From Blasia pusilla (Eukaryota), in assembly GCA_050084515.1 (NCBI GenBank), contig CM114271.1, positions 47,244,001-47,308,000 of the forward strand: DNA of 64,000 nt. The letters run 5' to 3'. The position numbers were made by a program, and so were the translations under genes. Of the stretch, positions 12,631 through 25,856 are shown piece by piece. A model generated the notes under the pieces. The model ran no database searches, was not told where the DNA came from, and saw only the letters and a list, made by a program, of their open reading frames with translations. Each line of letters begins with the position of its first letter. Position 1 is the first letter of the stretch.

Positions 12631-13800
12631 CCTCAAGCTAGCATGTATCATGGCTAAGCTTGGGTCAACAGTACCATCCACACTTGGAAGATGACATGGC
12701 GCACAATTACGCACATGGTCCTTCCAAACAACTCCATCACGACCCTCCAACATGAGAACTTCATAAGCTAACACCTCGCGCACTCGTAAAATAGTACGGC
12801 CTGCCGTCACATCCAAGGTTGTCGATGCAATCTGCTGCAAATAGACATAGTCCCCCACATGGAATCTACGAATCGATGGTCGATAACCTCCACCCCGAAT
12901 GGTTGCATACCGCAACGTATCCTTGTGTTGAGCAATGGCAAGATTCTCAAAGGCTATTGGCATAACTCTCCGAAAGAGCTCTATCCGCTGAGAACACACT
13001 CTCATCCATATCTCTGGGTCATCAAGGTTCACCACCTCACTAGACTCGACAATTCTTGCGGCAAGTCTGGATCTCGGCCGTATAACAGAAAATAAGGTGA
13101 GAAGGAAGCCAAGGATGCTTGGCGATTGAACCTATACCCCATGGCTAAACATGGCAACTGAATATCCCAGTCTCCAAGATGCCCCTTCTATAGGCCATAC
13201 TTGCGCAATGCCCTCTTCACCGTCTGAACCACACGCTCAGCCAAACCATCCGCCTCTGGATGATCTCGAGACGTGGTCCAATGATCAAGCAACGCCTTGT
13301 CACATAAGACCTGAAACTCGTACCCTGGTCGGTCAGCACTTCAGCTGGTGCACCAAAATGACTAAGCACTCTATCAAGAAATGCATACGCCGTTCCCTCA
13401 CTTGCCTTGTCCAGTAATGCCACCAACTCAATCCACTTGGAGAAGTGCTCCACCATCACCAACACATATCGATGATGTCGCGATCCAATGATAACGGTCC
13501 CGCAAAGTCCACACTCCAACGGTAATCCAACCCCATAATAGGCAAGGTGTGTAATTGTGGTGTAGGGACATTGAATGATGCCCTCACCCGGTCACAAACC
13601 ATACAACGTGACACCAACTTCTGCACCTGAGTATGCATGCCACGCCACCAATACTGGCCAAGGAGTAAGCTATACGTATGCTTTACCCCAAAATTTCCCA
13701 ACTCCTCATGGGCATGTCGCACAATGCGCTCTCTCTGAGCCAAATGCGGCACTACTTGTACTCTACCATCCTCCCACACACGGAGAATATGTGTTCCCTC
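12631..13800 (-). pseudogene. Retrotransposon integrase, frameshifted
   Basis: HHCC-like HAHEELGNFG...CMVC; core WSVDFAGPL, VEHFSKWIE and LTDQG. Confidence 0.9.
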
Positions 13801-14099
13801 CAATCGATATCTCTTAGCACGTTGAAGAACACGGTCTCGCTCCTTGGCACTCACTATGCTTGGCACCCTACTGGTCAGTAGGAACTCCAATACCAACGCA
13901 TCATCATGAATATCACGCTGATCCGTACCACCATTTCCAACCTTAGGATCTGAAGGCTGGCCATCTACCCTCTGACTAGAGTAAGATATCATGTGGTCCT
14001 CCATACTAGAGTCCACCCCTAACCAACATAAAAGGGCGGATGCATGCCAACATGGCACCATCTCCTCATCAACCTCACCATGCCATCTAGCCCCACTTG

Positions 14100-15585
14100 T
14101 ATCCTCTTGGCTAGTACATGGGTTCCTACTCAACCCATCAAAGATCAAGGTTGGCAACCAGGTCTATGTACCACCGGAAGTCATACTCTTGTAAGATAAG
14201 AGCCCACCATGCAAGCTTCCTGTAAGCTTGTCGGACTCCATCAACCACTTGAGCGGGTGGTGATGAACAAGGGTAAAGCGTGTGCCAAACAAGTAACACC
14301 TAAAGTGTGCCCACACCCACACACTTGCCAAGCACTCTCCCTCATATGAACTATAGCGCGACTCCGCTGCATTATTCGAACGACTTGCACATGCCACCAC
14401 AAACTCCATGTGCTCATCATCATGTTGTGTCAACTCCACTCCAAGTACCAACCTACTCCAATCAGTGTGTAATTGAAATGGGCGCCCTCTGATAGGTCTC
14501 CTCAAGATAGGCGCCGCCACCAACTAGGCCTTAAGCTCCACAAAAGCTCTCTCCTGATCATCTCCCCAATGCCACTCTTGATCTGATTTTAGAAATTGGT
14601 TCAAAGGCTTTGCCATAGCACTAAATCCCTTCACATACCTCCGATAGTAGTTCGCCAATCCCATGAATGCTCGAACTCTATTCACATCTACCGGACGCGG
14701 AATAAGTGTAATAGCCTCCACCTTTGCTTGCTGAACTCCCAAACCACCTAGATAGATCACATTACCCAAGTACTCAACATCCTCATGAAAGAACTTACAC
14801 TTTCCTGGATGCAAACGTAGACCATGAGCTTTCAACCGCTCAAACACCATCTGCAAATGTATCTGATGCTCCTCCACCGTGTTACTGAATACCAAGATAT
14901 CATCAATGTAACACCGAACAAAATCCAACCCTGCTAGGATCCTGTCCATCACTCTCTGAAACTCGGCAAGTGCATTCTTCAACCCAAAGGATAAGAATTT
15001 CCACTGGTACAAACAATCCTTGCCATGAGAGTTGACACCCCAAAATGCTGTCTTGGCCTTGTCACTCTCCCGAATCGGCAATTGATGTTATCCTGCCCAA
15101 AGATCCAAAGTACTGAAAATCTTTGCCTGTCCCACCACATCAAAGATCTCCTCAAGTGTAGGCATGGCATACCTATCGGCCTTGGTTTGCCCATTGATAG
15201 GACGATAATCTCCACACATCCGCCTATCCGTGTAGTTGCCATGCATATCCTTTTTAGCAGGCATGACAATGGCTCATGCATACTCTCCATGCGACAACTC
15301 CACTAATCCAGCCTCCAAAAGGTCCAACGTCCTACTCTGAATCAGGTCCCTCTCCATATCACTATATCTGTAGGGACGACGGAAGATTGGCGTATCACTA
15401 GCCAAATCAATCCGTATACCGGGTCCAACCAGAGAACCCAACTCCTTCATGCTAAAGGCAAAACAACTCCTATAAGCACGTAGGAACTGTGTCAAGCGTC
15501 GTTTCTCACCTCCCGTAAGCTTAGGCCCGAGTAATGGCTCCCAAGTCTCCTCTACTGGCACATTAGAGGGAGAGGACGATGCCAT
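14100..15585 (-). pseudogene. Reverse transcriptase and RNase H, with frameshifts and stops
   Basis: PIFRRPYRYS, KTAFW, FGLKNA, YIDDILVF, KCKFF, FMGLANYYRRYV; RNase H LHTDWS and YSSYEGECLA. Confidence 0.95.
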
Positions 15586-15834
15586 TGCCTGCTACGCAAC
15601 CCCCTCACAAGATGGTACACCCTTAGCTACACCATCATCTGAGCAAATAACTCCTCCACCAGCATGAGCAACCAACTCCACATGCCCAACCATTACATCC
15701 CATTTACTCCAAGGATGCAAAATACTACTCTCCTCGCTTGACCGATGCCTCTACCGTCCCGGTAGCCATCGAGCTCATTACAAGGGGTGGAAGACCCACA
15801 GACATAGTCCGAAGTCGACGCTGCTCGGACATAC

Positions 15835-16790
15835 CAAGACTCAAAATCCAAGTCAAACAATTCAGGTCCATGGCCTGACCCAACACATGACGTCGTGAAG
15901 CCTCAGAAATGGAAGCGACCGTTGTCACACCAGTAGCAAATCCCATCGCACGCTCTCTCTCATCAGCGTTAGGCTCCACCAACTGTCGCACATGAGAATC
16001 CCATACAAGCCCGAGACCACCTTCCCTGTATGCATGTGACGAGGGAAAACTCACAAATGTGGGTAGTGCCATCCTAGGCTCGCCCACACGATTCACCACT
16101 GCCATGGGTGACCAATCAATAACCCTCACTACATGAGAAAGTCGCCCAGTATCCAAGATACTATCCACTGTAAAGTAAGGATCCCGCTGCACTGCATCAT
16201 ATGCTCGACGTAGAACCTCCCTAGGCAACAAGTTTGTCCACCACAAGCATGGACGATGTGCACGCGAGCCAACTCGCGCTGCATCCAACAACTCCGCTGG
16301 TATAATCCAAGACTGCACCTCATGAACACTCGCCATCATCCGGGTCCGAGTGTCACCCAACAATGGAACATTCTCCAGAATGTAAGCTAGAGCGTGCCTG
16401 ATGAACCTGAAGATGTCGTAACACCCGTAACATCTCCCAAAACAATCGAGACCTAGGGTCGTGTAATCCCTCACCACGACCAGCACGTGTATGACCCTGA
16501 CATGGCCATCCATGCCAGCAATCACCAAATCCACAGGACCAACCCTCTCAAGGTCCTGCGCCCCCAACAATGCAATGTGTGACGGCAAAGCACGCTGGTA
16601 CCCACGAATAGCTGATGGCGGCAACATCTCAGATATCTCGCATCAATCGACCAATATGTCGGGATGAGACTCTCGGGCCGTCTCATCTCGCTCCTCATAC
16701 ACGTATCTCCAAGACAGAATACCGGCTTGCAACATGCGACCAAACCGGTGCTAATCCCACCAAAGAGATCTAACACACAAATGCCCTCCA
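15835..16790 (-). pseudogene. C5 cytosine DNA methyltransferase domain inside the Gypsy pol, frameshifted
   Basis: Motif I VLDLFGGISTG (~16770); motif II-like YVYEERD; motif IV DLVIAG/GWPCQG (GWPCQG at 16511-16494, after a frameshifting insertion); DPRSRLF; motif VI ILENV (ENV 16375-16367); motif VIII AHRPCLWW; motif IX ERERAMGF; motif X VLGQAMD. Confidence 0.9.
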
Positions 16791-17169
16791 ACGGATCTTT
16801 GCCATACAATGGGTGTAGTATCCAAAGGGGATAACCCAACAGGACCAGAAGTAGGAGTCCGCCGTGGGGCCTCCTCTTCCTCGTGAGGTATAACAGCCTC
16901 ACACCAAGCCTCCTGCACTAGGCGATCAGCCTCCTACCGTAGTGCACCGCCTGAACTCCAAAGTGGCACATCCGACGATGAGGATGCCACTGCTGCAAAA
17001 ATAGGGACCTCCTCTACCTCCTCATGTGCAAGAGAATCCATAGCAGAAACATTACCCTCCAAAAAGTCTCCAGGCCAAGTGACTACTCCACTAAAACCAC
17101 CCGAGATGCTATCTTTGTTGGGGAAGACCCTCCTGGTCGAGCCCCATAAATAAATCTCACAGGACCTTG

Positions 17170-17600
17170 GCTCATACGTCCATCCGCGGACTGCCAACCA
17201 GGTCTATAAGACGCTGTCTCAGTCCAATAATCCATATGAAAACCCATCGGGTACAATATTGCTCCTCCAACTAGTACATCATACGACTCGGTTGATGTGA
17301 CTACCGCAGATACTCCCAACCGGGAGCTATCAGTCGCATGATCTGGTCTCAACTGTACAGAAAACTTCTCCCGTGTCATGAATTGAGACCTATCATTGGC
17401 TCCTCCAAGTGATGTTTGAATCTGGAATGGGCAAGGCTCAAGCTCTGACCTCCGAATACCCAAACCAATACATGCCGCCTTTCCCAACATCAAAGGTTGG
17501 GCACTAGGGTCTAACAAGACTCTATCTGGTCTATACACCTGTCCTGTAGGACTCACCACTCGGAATATCCCACTCCGGTTGTCCAACATACATACACCAG
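17170..17600 (-). pseudogene. Aspartic protease of the Gypsy element
   Basis: RVLLDPSAQPLML (degenerate D-S/T-G active site at ~17510) and YDVLVG flap-distal motif, located between gag and DNMT. Confidence 0.7.
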
Positions 17601-18363
17601 ATGCAAGCCTCTCACAATCAATGGCTGGCCGATGCATCCATCTTCGCCACTGCTGCCTGCCAAGTAGCACTGGTACTCAATGCTACACTTTACATAGAGG
17701 GTCGCTCAACCGCAACACCCTCATCCACCTCAGAACGTGTAGCAGTAACACCCCAATGTTCACTTAACGTGGCTGCTAGCTGAAATATAGGAGCTAAGTC
17801 AACTCCTAAAGCCATCAGCTCCGTGGCCGAAAACAATGGGGATCCCAACACTTAAGTTGCCATCCGCAATATTGCACTGGACGCTACATCCGTGTCTACT
17901 ACACGCGATGTAGATGCCTCAGTCCCCACTGTCGGCTCAATAGGCTACGTAGGAACCATGGATGGAGTCCTAAGCACCTCAGACAACAAGAATGACTGGG
18001 GAAGCCTAGCCTGCCTTCCAGCCTCACCCCTCTATGGGTCCAACTCCACAGTAGCACCACGTGGCTTTGACGCTCGAGTGGCTCCTCTCAGAATCGCAGC
18101 GGTGATGCCTCAAGTTGTCTTTGCACTCGCCATATAAGAGAGATCATCCCTCCATAAGAGGTGGAAGCCCCTGCTCCCGAACCTGATCTATGCTAGATAC
18201 CACCATAGTAGCCAACTCTCGCTCCAATTGCTGAATCTGGCGACCATAGTCGACTCTGTCGTAGTGGTAGGGGTAGCCACCTTAGGCTCTCCAACCACCG
18301 GGTCCACCTCTACCAGCCCTACCACCTCGGCCTCTGAGCTACTCCACCACGGATGTCCTGATC

Positions 18364-19661
18364 TCAACTCGGATGAAGATCAAAGCAACGCTCTCGAGGA
18401 TGACCTGGTCTCCCGCAATGATCACACTGAGTTGGGGCCGACTGAGGCCCATCCTCCAAAGTCCATCTCCCATCCTCTTGGGGACAAAACTTCCTAACAT
18501 GATCACCTCCACATGTCCAACATGACTGTCCTTGTTGCGGGGCAGCAAATGAAGGCAATGGTCTCTGCGCAAGTGTCCCTCTAGGACCTGACTGAGGTCG
18601 TGTGTACCCCCCACGACTCCCACTACCACTACCACCACCACTACTACGAGACTGTGAGGTGGGTTGCTGAACATGAGAAGTAGTAGTTGTATCCCTACTG
18701 AATGCGGATGTCACCACTCTCTCCTTCACCATGTTAAGCTCAATCTTCTCAGATAGAGTAAACACATGGGTCAATGTGGGTGAATCATCACTCATAAGAG
18801 TAGCATCATGTACCCTACGGCGCAAGTCTCTCTCCAAGATCCCATACCAAAACTGGACTGCATGAGCTTTAGTCACACCCTGGGTAGCTGAAATCAAGGG
18901 TTGCATACGAGTGTATGCCTCACGAAGACTCTCACCAGTCTTTCGCTCAAATTCTTGAAGACTCCTCAACTTCTCTGTCTTCACTCCCTGATAGTTCTTC
19001 TTCAACCTCTTGAAGAACTCTGCAACCGGGCTGAACGATGGTGGGGCACTAGTACCCCCACTAGTACCTCCATGGGTACCTCCACTAGTACCCCCACACC
19101 GGCTCGTACTCGTACCACTCAACGTCGGGCTGGCTGGCATAGTAGGAGCGCTACTACCAAGACCACCATGGGTGATAGACACATAACCTGGAGACCAATA
19201 TTGTCTCCACGCCTCAATCTCAGCAACATGGTCCTTCCTAAACTCATGGTAATCATCCATGGGTGGTCCTTCCAAGTGGTGAAACAACCCCTTCCAAGCC
19301 AAGAAGGGTGTAAACAACGTGGCGTTCGCAACATCTGCATATCACACCACGTATCAAACTCCTGCATGAAGTCCTCCAACTCAATGGTTCCCACTGCACC
19401 CGAGTATCGTCGTGGGCCCTTCATGGCCCCATATATCCTGTCCATGTCCCAAATCAATGGAGCTGCAACACTCGATAACAACGTAGAAGACTCAGTGTTT
19501 GGAACATCCTCGTCCTCCTCTTCATCAACCGTCGGAAGTGGAAAAGGTAGCCGATACCTAAATCCACTCCGTGTGAAACCACCTGCTTTATCGCACACGG
19601 TCCCCAACCAGACCACCCGACAGTTCCGTGATGACCAACACCGATGCCGCACCACCACCAA
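18364..19661 (-). pseudogene. Gag of the DNMT-Gypsy element
   Basis: Retrotrans-gag-like ERKTGESLREAY; two zinc knuckles CWTCGGDHVRKFC and CDHCGRPGHPRERC; GGTS tetrapeptide repeats; frameshift near 19320. Confidence 0.85.
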
Positions 19662-20853
19662 ATAACCAAGTGACGTCGATGTCGCTATACTATTCTAGCT
19701 CTACTAGCTATGGGTGTAGGCAACCTAACCTGTCATCACCACAAGAAGCCTCCCACAGTCTACTGGTCATCACTCCACCCTCACTATCGGTAGCACACAT
19801 GAGTAACACTACTCTAGAAATCAGCGTCAACCCTAACAATGGGCGCGCAAGCAAGAAGCAACGATGGAGGGGATACAAACATAGGAAGTCCAACGACAAC
19901 CTTCCAATCGCAAATGGAAATCAAGGTAACACAATCCACCAAACGTGGTGCCCCCTGAATCCACAAAACCCACCACACAATTCTAACGCAATAGCTACTC
20001 CGCCGCGGGTCGATGACGTGCTAGTCGAACTCGCAGCACCTGAAAATATCACCTTCATGGAGAGGCTACACCGTACTATGCGCTATAGGTACATCAACCA
20101 AAAACCTGAGATGCATAAAGCGCCTAACACATCTCCAAACAGCACCAAATGAGCTACAACAGTGTGTACACTAGCATAGTTAAGAACTCAGCAGTTAAGC
20201 GTCCTCCAGGCAGAATAGCCCAAAGATGGGTGACCAGTTATGCAACACTCAAATCACAAATCCTGCAAAAATTGCCTCGCGCCCAAGCTTGCTTGCTCCG
20301 CCTCTCACGCCCACTCGCCCCAAGCTACCACAAGTTGCCTCGTGGTAGCTATCTCTCCACAAAAAATCAGCTACAACCGAGCTCTGTACTCCGAGCTAAA
20401 AATCAGACAAACTTGTTGTCCATACACCTCCAGAATCGCAAATCCGACAGCGCTTCCGCCAAGTTTCATGCACGCAGAAATCCGCAACGCTCCACACACT
20501 CGAGCAGATAGCTTCATATGAGATCACCATACAAGTACCAACAGGAACCTCTCACCCGATCTGGATGAGATCTGGATTCAACAGAGCTTCCGCACTCCAA
20601 GCTCTCCACATCATAAAACCGTCGAACACGAACCAGAATCTTCAATCCTTGATAACTTCCAACTCCCTTGACGAAATTCAGCGATCTAAAGCGCGTTGAA
20701 AAGCTCTCAGCAAGGCGCTTCTTTCCCAACCAACCACGCATCAGAATCACACCTCCAACATAGGCCACAAGCCATGAACATCCACGGCTGAGTACACAAT
20801 CAGCCCTAACCAGATCCTACTGGTCCACAATCGATCTACTCCAGTTCTTTGAG

Positions 20854-21395
<542 letters not shown>

Positions 21396-22599
21396 GTAAC
21401 CTATGCTCGTAGGTCACCTCCTTGGCTCTAGACCTGATAATGCGGATCAAGGGCCACTTCCCAAAGTGTAAAGTCAACTATAGCAAAAACGGTAACTTAC
21501 TCAAAATAGTAAGTTCTTCAATATGGCTCCAAATGAGCCAAAACGAAGGGGAAACCTACTCTCTCAAGTTATCCGTGGCTCTCCAATATCTTCGAAGGCG
21601 CTCTACTAGATCTCATCGATCTATCCTAACAAACGTGATATTCCTCTTCTAGTATAAATTTCGAGTGTACTTGACCATTATGATCATCTTAGCGATCTGG
21701 TTCTTTTGACATCCAACATGATTTCTAGCTTTTTTTTCTTATTCATTAATCTATTTTTTGTGGGTTTGTTTTTATCATTTCCTCTTACACATCATTCTTT
21801 CTCTATCAATATTTTATCTCACTACTTTGCCCTTGCATAAATTTGTTATCTCTTTAAGGGCATTCTAGATTCACATTCTTAAATAATTTCTTTTGATACA
21901 ATATTTTTCTTTTTCTTTTTTCTCAAGTTTAATTTTTTTCTATTCTTCTTAAAGTGACTTTCAATCATAAATTCGCCTTTGACTAACCGTAATTCTCTAC
22001 CTCTTAATGTTTTATGGATGGATTTCACTCCTTTTATTGTAGGTCTTATCTAAATACTCTCACTTTATTACGGTTTATTATATATCTATTTTCTTTAATG
22101 ACATGACGATTTTTGGTTCTTTCAACATAAAGTTGGAAAATCCATCTCCTCACTTATCCAATTTTACATTTCCACCTTAAACCACAACCTCTCCCTCCGA
22201 TTTCCTTACTCGTTGTAGATCTCAACAATCTCCTCCTAAAACTCATACATCCATTACACTCTCCACATTTCTTCCCTATCCTCCTCTTATCCCCTCTCCA
22301 TCTCTTCCCATTCATCATTATCTCAATGCATTAATATTGAATCTTACTACTTTTTCATTCTCTCATATCTCATCGAAACCATTGTTTAAGCTTCCAACTC
22401 CCATCTTTTCTACCCCTATGCCTCCTCTTCCTCCTCCTCCTCCTTCCCCAACTTATTTACCCCTCCATGATTATCAATCTTCACCTTATTCTCTCCCACC
22501 TCCTCCCCTTGTAATATTTCTTCTTCTACATTTGTGCAGCCAAAGGTTTGTCGCATATCGTAAGGTAAAGCATTTTCTTTGACTCAATTGGAAAGACAT

Positions 22600-24750
22600 C
22601 ACTGGTATTGTCAATTGATGCATGAACTTTTCATCCCTAATCCAATACTATCTTCTATTGTAATCCCTAAAACAACTATTTGGACATGGTTAAACAAATT
22701 GATCCATTTCACTCTTCCCATTTCATTCTCCCTTGTCTTAGCCTCTACACACATGTGCCTATTGCTCTTCCTCTCATCACCCAACAAGCATTGTGTTTCC
22801 TATAAGAAAGGTTAGTGCATGATCTTGTAAATATCGATGCTTGGTATTTGATCTCTTATCACTCCAATAGATTTTATTTCTTCCTCCAAGAAGAGATGCA
22901 ATGATTCATCACGGAACCTCATCGTGGATTGAGCGCTTTGTGTCTAGGGATTGGAAGAATCTTCAAAATAAGTTTACTTTGAGTAGAGGCCTTAGCAATG
23001 ACTCATCCCACTTGACATGCCAATCATGGGAGGCCTTTAATACAACAACACCTTTGACATAAAATACGTTTTGGGCAAATTGGTGAGTTTTCATGTTCAG
23101 GTTGAGCTCTTGGACCTCTCTCCAGAGGTTCTAAGTATGGGCACACTGCCACTCTTGGAAGATCTACATTCTCCTTCAAGTGATGATGCACCACCTTTTA
23201 TGGAAGACTATACAACAGATCTTGACTTGGAGGTTTTGACAAGAACTTTTCTTCATACTCCTTTGTTATAGTCTATGAAGCTAATGCAACTTGGAAGTCA
23301 AGCACTCAAACCCTTTTGATATAGACGGTAAAATCAAAAGGGTCTCATCCTTTATCCAACTTGTAAAAACCTCCAAGTCAAGCTCTAAGTTAAGATCCGT
23401 TGTATAGTCTTCCAAAAAGTCAAAAGGCTCTTATCCTTTGTCCAAGTTCCTGGATGAGATCCGTTTAAAAGATATAGACTTACGTGATTTGTTATCTCAT
23501 TTCGGGGTCTCCAAGTGGTTTATGGGATTTTGTCTCAATTTTTCCTATGGCATCTATCCTACCTTCTTCACACTTGTCCTCCCACTTCATAATTCTTACA
23601 TCCATTGGCCTCTTTTCACACTTCTATTATGGCAACTTTCAACCAACTTCTTGGTTTGAATACAATTGGAGGAGATAATGGTGTTTTGGCTTCACAACAA
23701 GCTATCTCACAACTTTTTTTCTTAGGGTGTGAAGCCACGATAGCATTTGTGCCAAAAAAATTGGGGGGGAATTGGGCTTTGGTTGCCCCAATTCTAACCT
23801 CGAGGTATCTCCGAAGAGATGCTCATATCTTGGTGGATCATGTAGACCAAGTAGAGGAGGAGGATTGATTAATCCAACGACACCTAAGATTTGCATGGGC
23901 TCTTCTTCCTCTTGCCTACACAAGCAATTCTATCCCCTTTCAATCAATTTATTACAAAAGGATTTGATTGATTTCAAGAGCTTTTCTCCCCGAGTTTGCA
24001 TCAAATCAACATTTTTAGTAGTCTCTCTAATGTATCCTTTGACACTCCTCCAGCTTGTGTGCATTCACGTGTGGGTACCAAAACGAGATGACTTACTATT
24101 CCACTCCTCTTATTCTTCCATTTCATCTTCCATGAAGTATATCCTTCACAATTCTACAATTACGCCTTGGATTCCTCATCGTTCTTTATTATGTGTGTCG
24201 AATTATGTATGCAAGGAAGCTATTGATGCAAAGGGTATCCACATTCTCCGATGTGCACATGGTAGAGAATGAATGACGATCCATAATATGATTAGCATGA
24301 TTGGCTCGTATTATATGATCACGATTGGAAAAGAGTAGTTACGTGTCCTACCCCTTCTATTACACAAGCAACCTCTCGTCGGAAAGTTGATTTTATAACA
24401 TCTTGAAATGGCTTCCATCTATTAGATAATGTGATGGTTATTCCAACATGTTCTAACTTGGTGTGTCGGACTCCACATACTAAAAGTTTCATGATAAAGT
24501 TAGTAGTAAGCATCAAGAAGTTGAATTATACGATGAGATATATGATCTATGGATATATTTATTTTGCAATGAAAGTTTGTGTGTACTAACATTTCTCCCG
24601 ACATTTCCCTGAAAATACTCGCTCATCATTTCCTTGAGAGCAATGAACTCTCCCTTCACTATCATTTCGTAGTTTCGCCACTGCATCTCAACGACTTTAT
24701 GATTTGCTTAACCATTGCCATTTTTAAATCAAGTTGACCTGATTGGCAGC
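22600..24750 (+). mobile_element. Heavily decayed CRE-like non-LTR retrotransposon, RT core apparently deleted
   Basis: GNWALVAPILTSRYLRRDAHILVDHVDQVEE and CKEAIDAKGIHILRCAHGRE match GSWAIVAPLLCSRFLVRDRPLLLHYVSQVED and CRRSLDPLGVHLARC..GGE of the 59-63 kb copy. Boundaries are approximate. Confidence 0.75.
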
Positions 24751-25856
24751 TACTCAATTTGCCATTCATTATCCTATGACCAACCACCCAATTTCTCTAT
24801 CATCTCTCTTATTATTTTCATTTTACATTTACTTTATTGTACATTATTCCCTCTTAGAAGTATTGGCTCTCCTAAGGGAATTGTTTTAATTTCATAATAG
24901 ATTATACTTTTACTGTTTGCGGATTCCATCTTTGGTATAACCACCTCATCCTATGTTCAAAACTAAACCGATGCTTGAGAGATCCAATCACATCTTTAAG
25001 AACAGAAGTATGAGCATGGCACACTTGTGTCTATTTTTATCCACATAAAGTATACATTATAGTTCCTTTGTGAGGTTTGAACATGTTTGCAGCAATCCGT
25101 CACTTTTGTCACTAGCCGTCATTTAAAGCTACAATTGACTGTCACAGTTTTTTGGTTGATCAATTTCTCATTATATTTGCTTTAAAGATGGTTTCATCCA
25201 AACAAATTGATGTACTAGTTCTCGGTGACTAGTTCGACTACTATTAATATGAGATAGATAAGTGCCACCTTATGGATTCCTACGCTTAGAAACATGTTTG
25301 ACCAAAGCTTCCATGTGGAGAAAAATATCGCAAAATTCGTCTCTTCTGGCTGACTTCGACTTTGGAGCGACAAGGAACTGGCAGAATCTGGGGTCAAGAG
25401 GTGTCTATGAACTCTCCGTCTGCTTTCGTCTACGGACAACTCTGGACCTCCTATGGTATAGAAGCTCGTGCTAGCGAGAGGGTAACATCGTCAAATGGAT
25501 TCCAGACCACCGAGACAGAAATCACGTGTGAAGACGGCACTGGATTCACTCATTCCGTGCTCGTATTCATTCTTGCCGCGATGAATTATATGTACAATGA
25601 TTCCTGCCACGACAAAGTATATGTACAAATGTTGAGAACCGTAACGTGACGAAACACGTCTTGACGAATCCTGTCATCACTGGAATCCCTGGCACCACGA
25701 GAGGACGACGAGTAAGACTGATTTCCTGCCATACCTTGTATGATTCTTAAACACAGGGATGTGACCTCAGAACAGGCCATCTCTAGGCCTGCACTAAAAG
25801 CCATCAGCAGTTGAAGAATACTCCATCGTAAAAGGGTTCGTCTCCTACCCCTCGAA

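Noticed and set aside
18901-20152. Long plus-strand ORFs (254 aa and 174 aa) antisense to gag and the leader
   Set aside because: No recognisable motifs; best explained as antisense shadows of a compositionally biased element.
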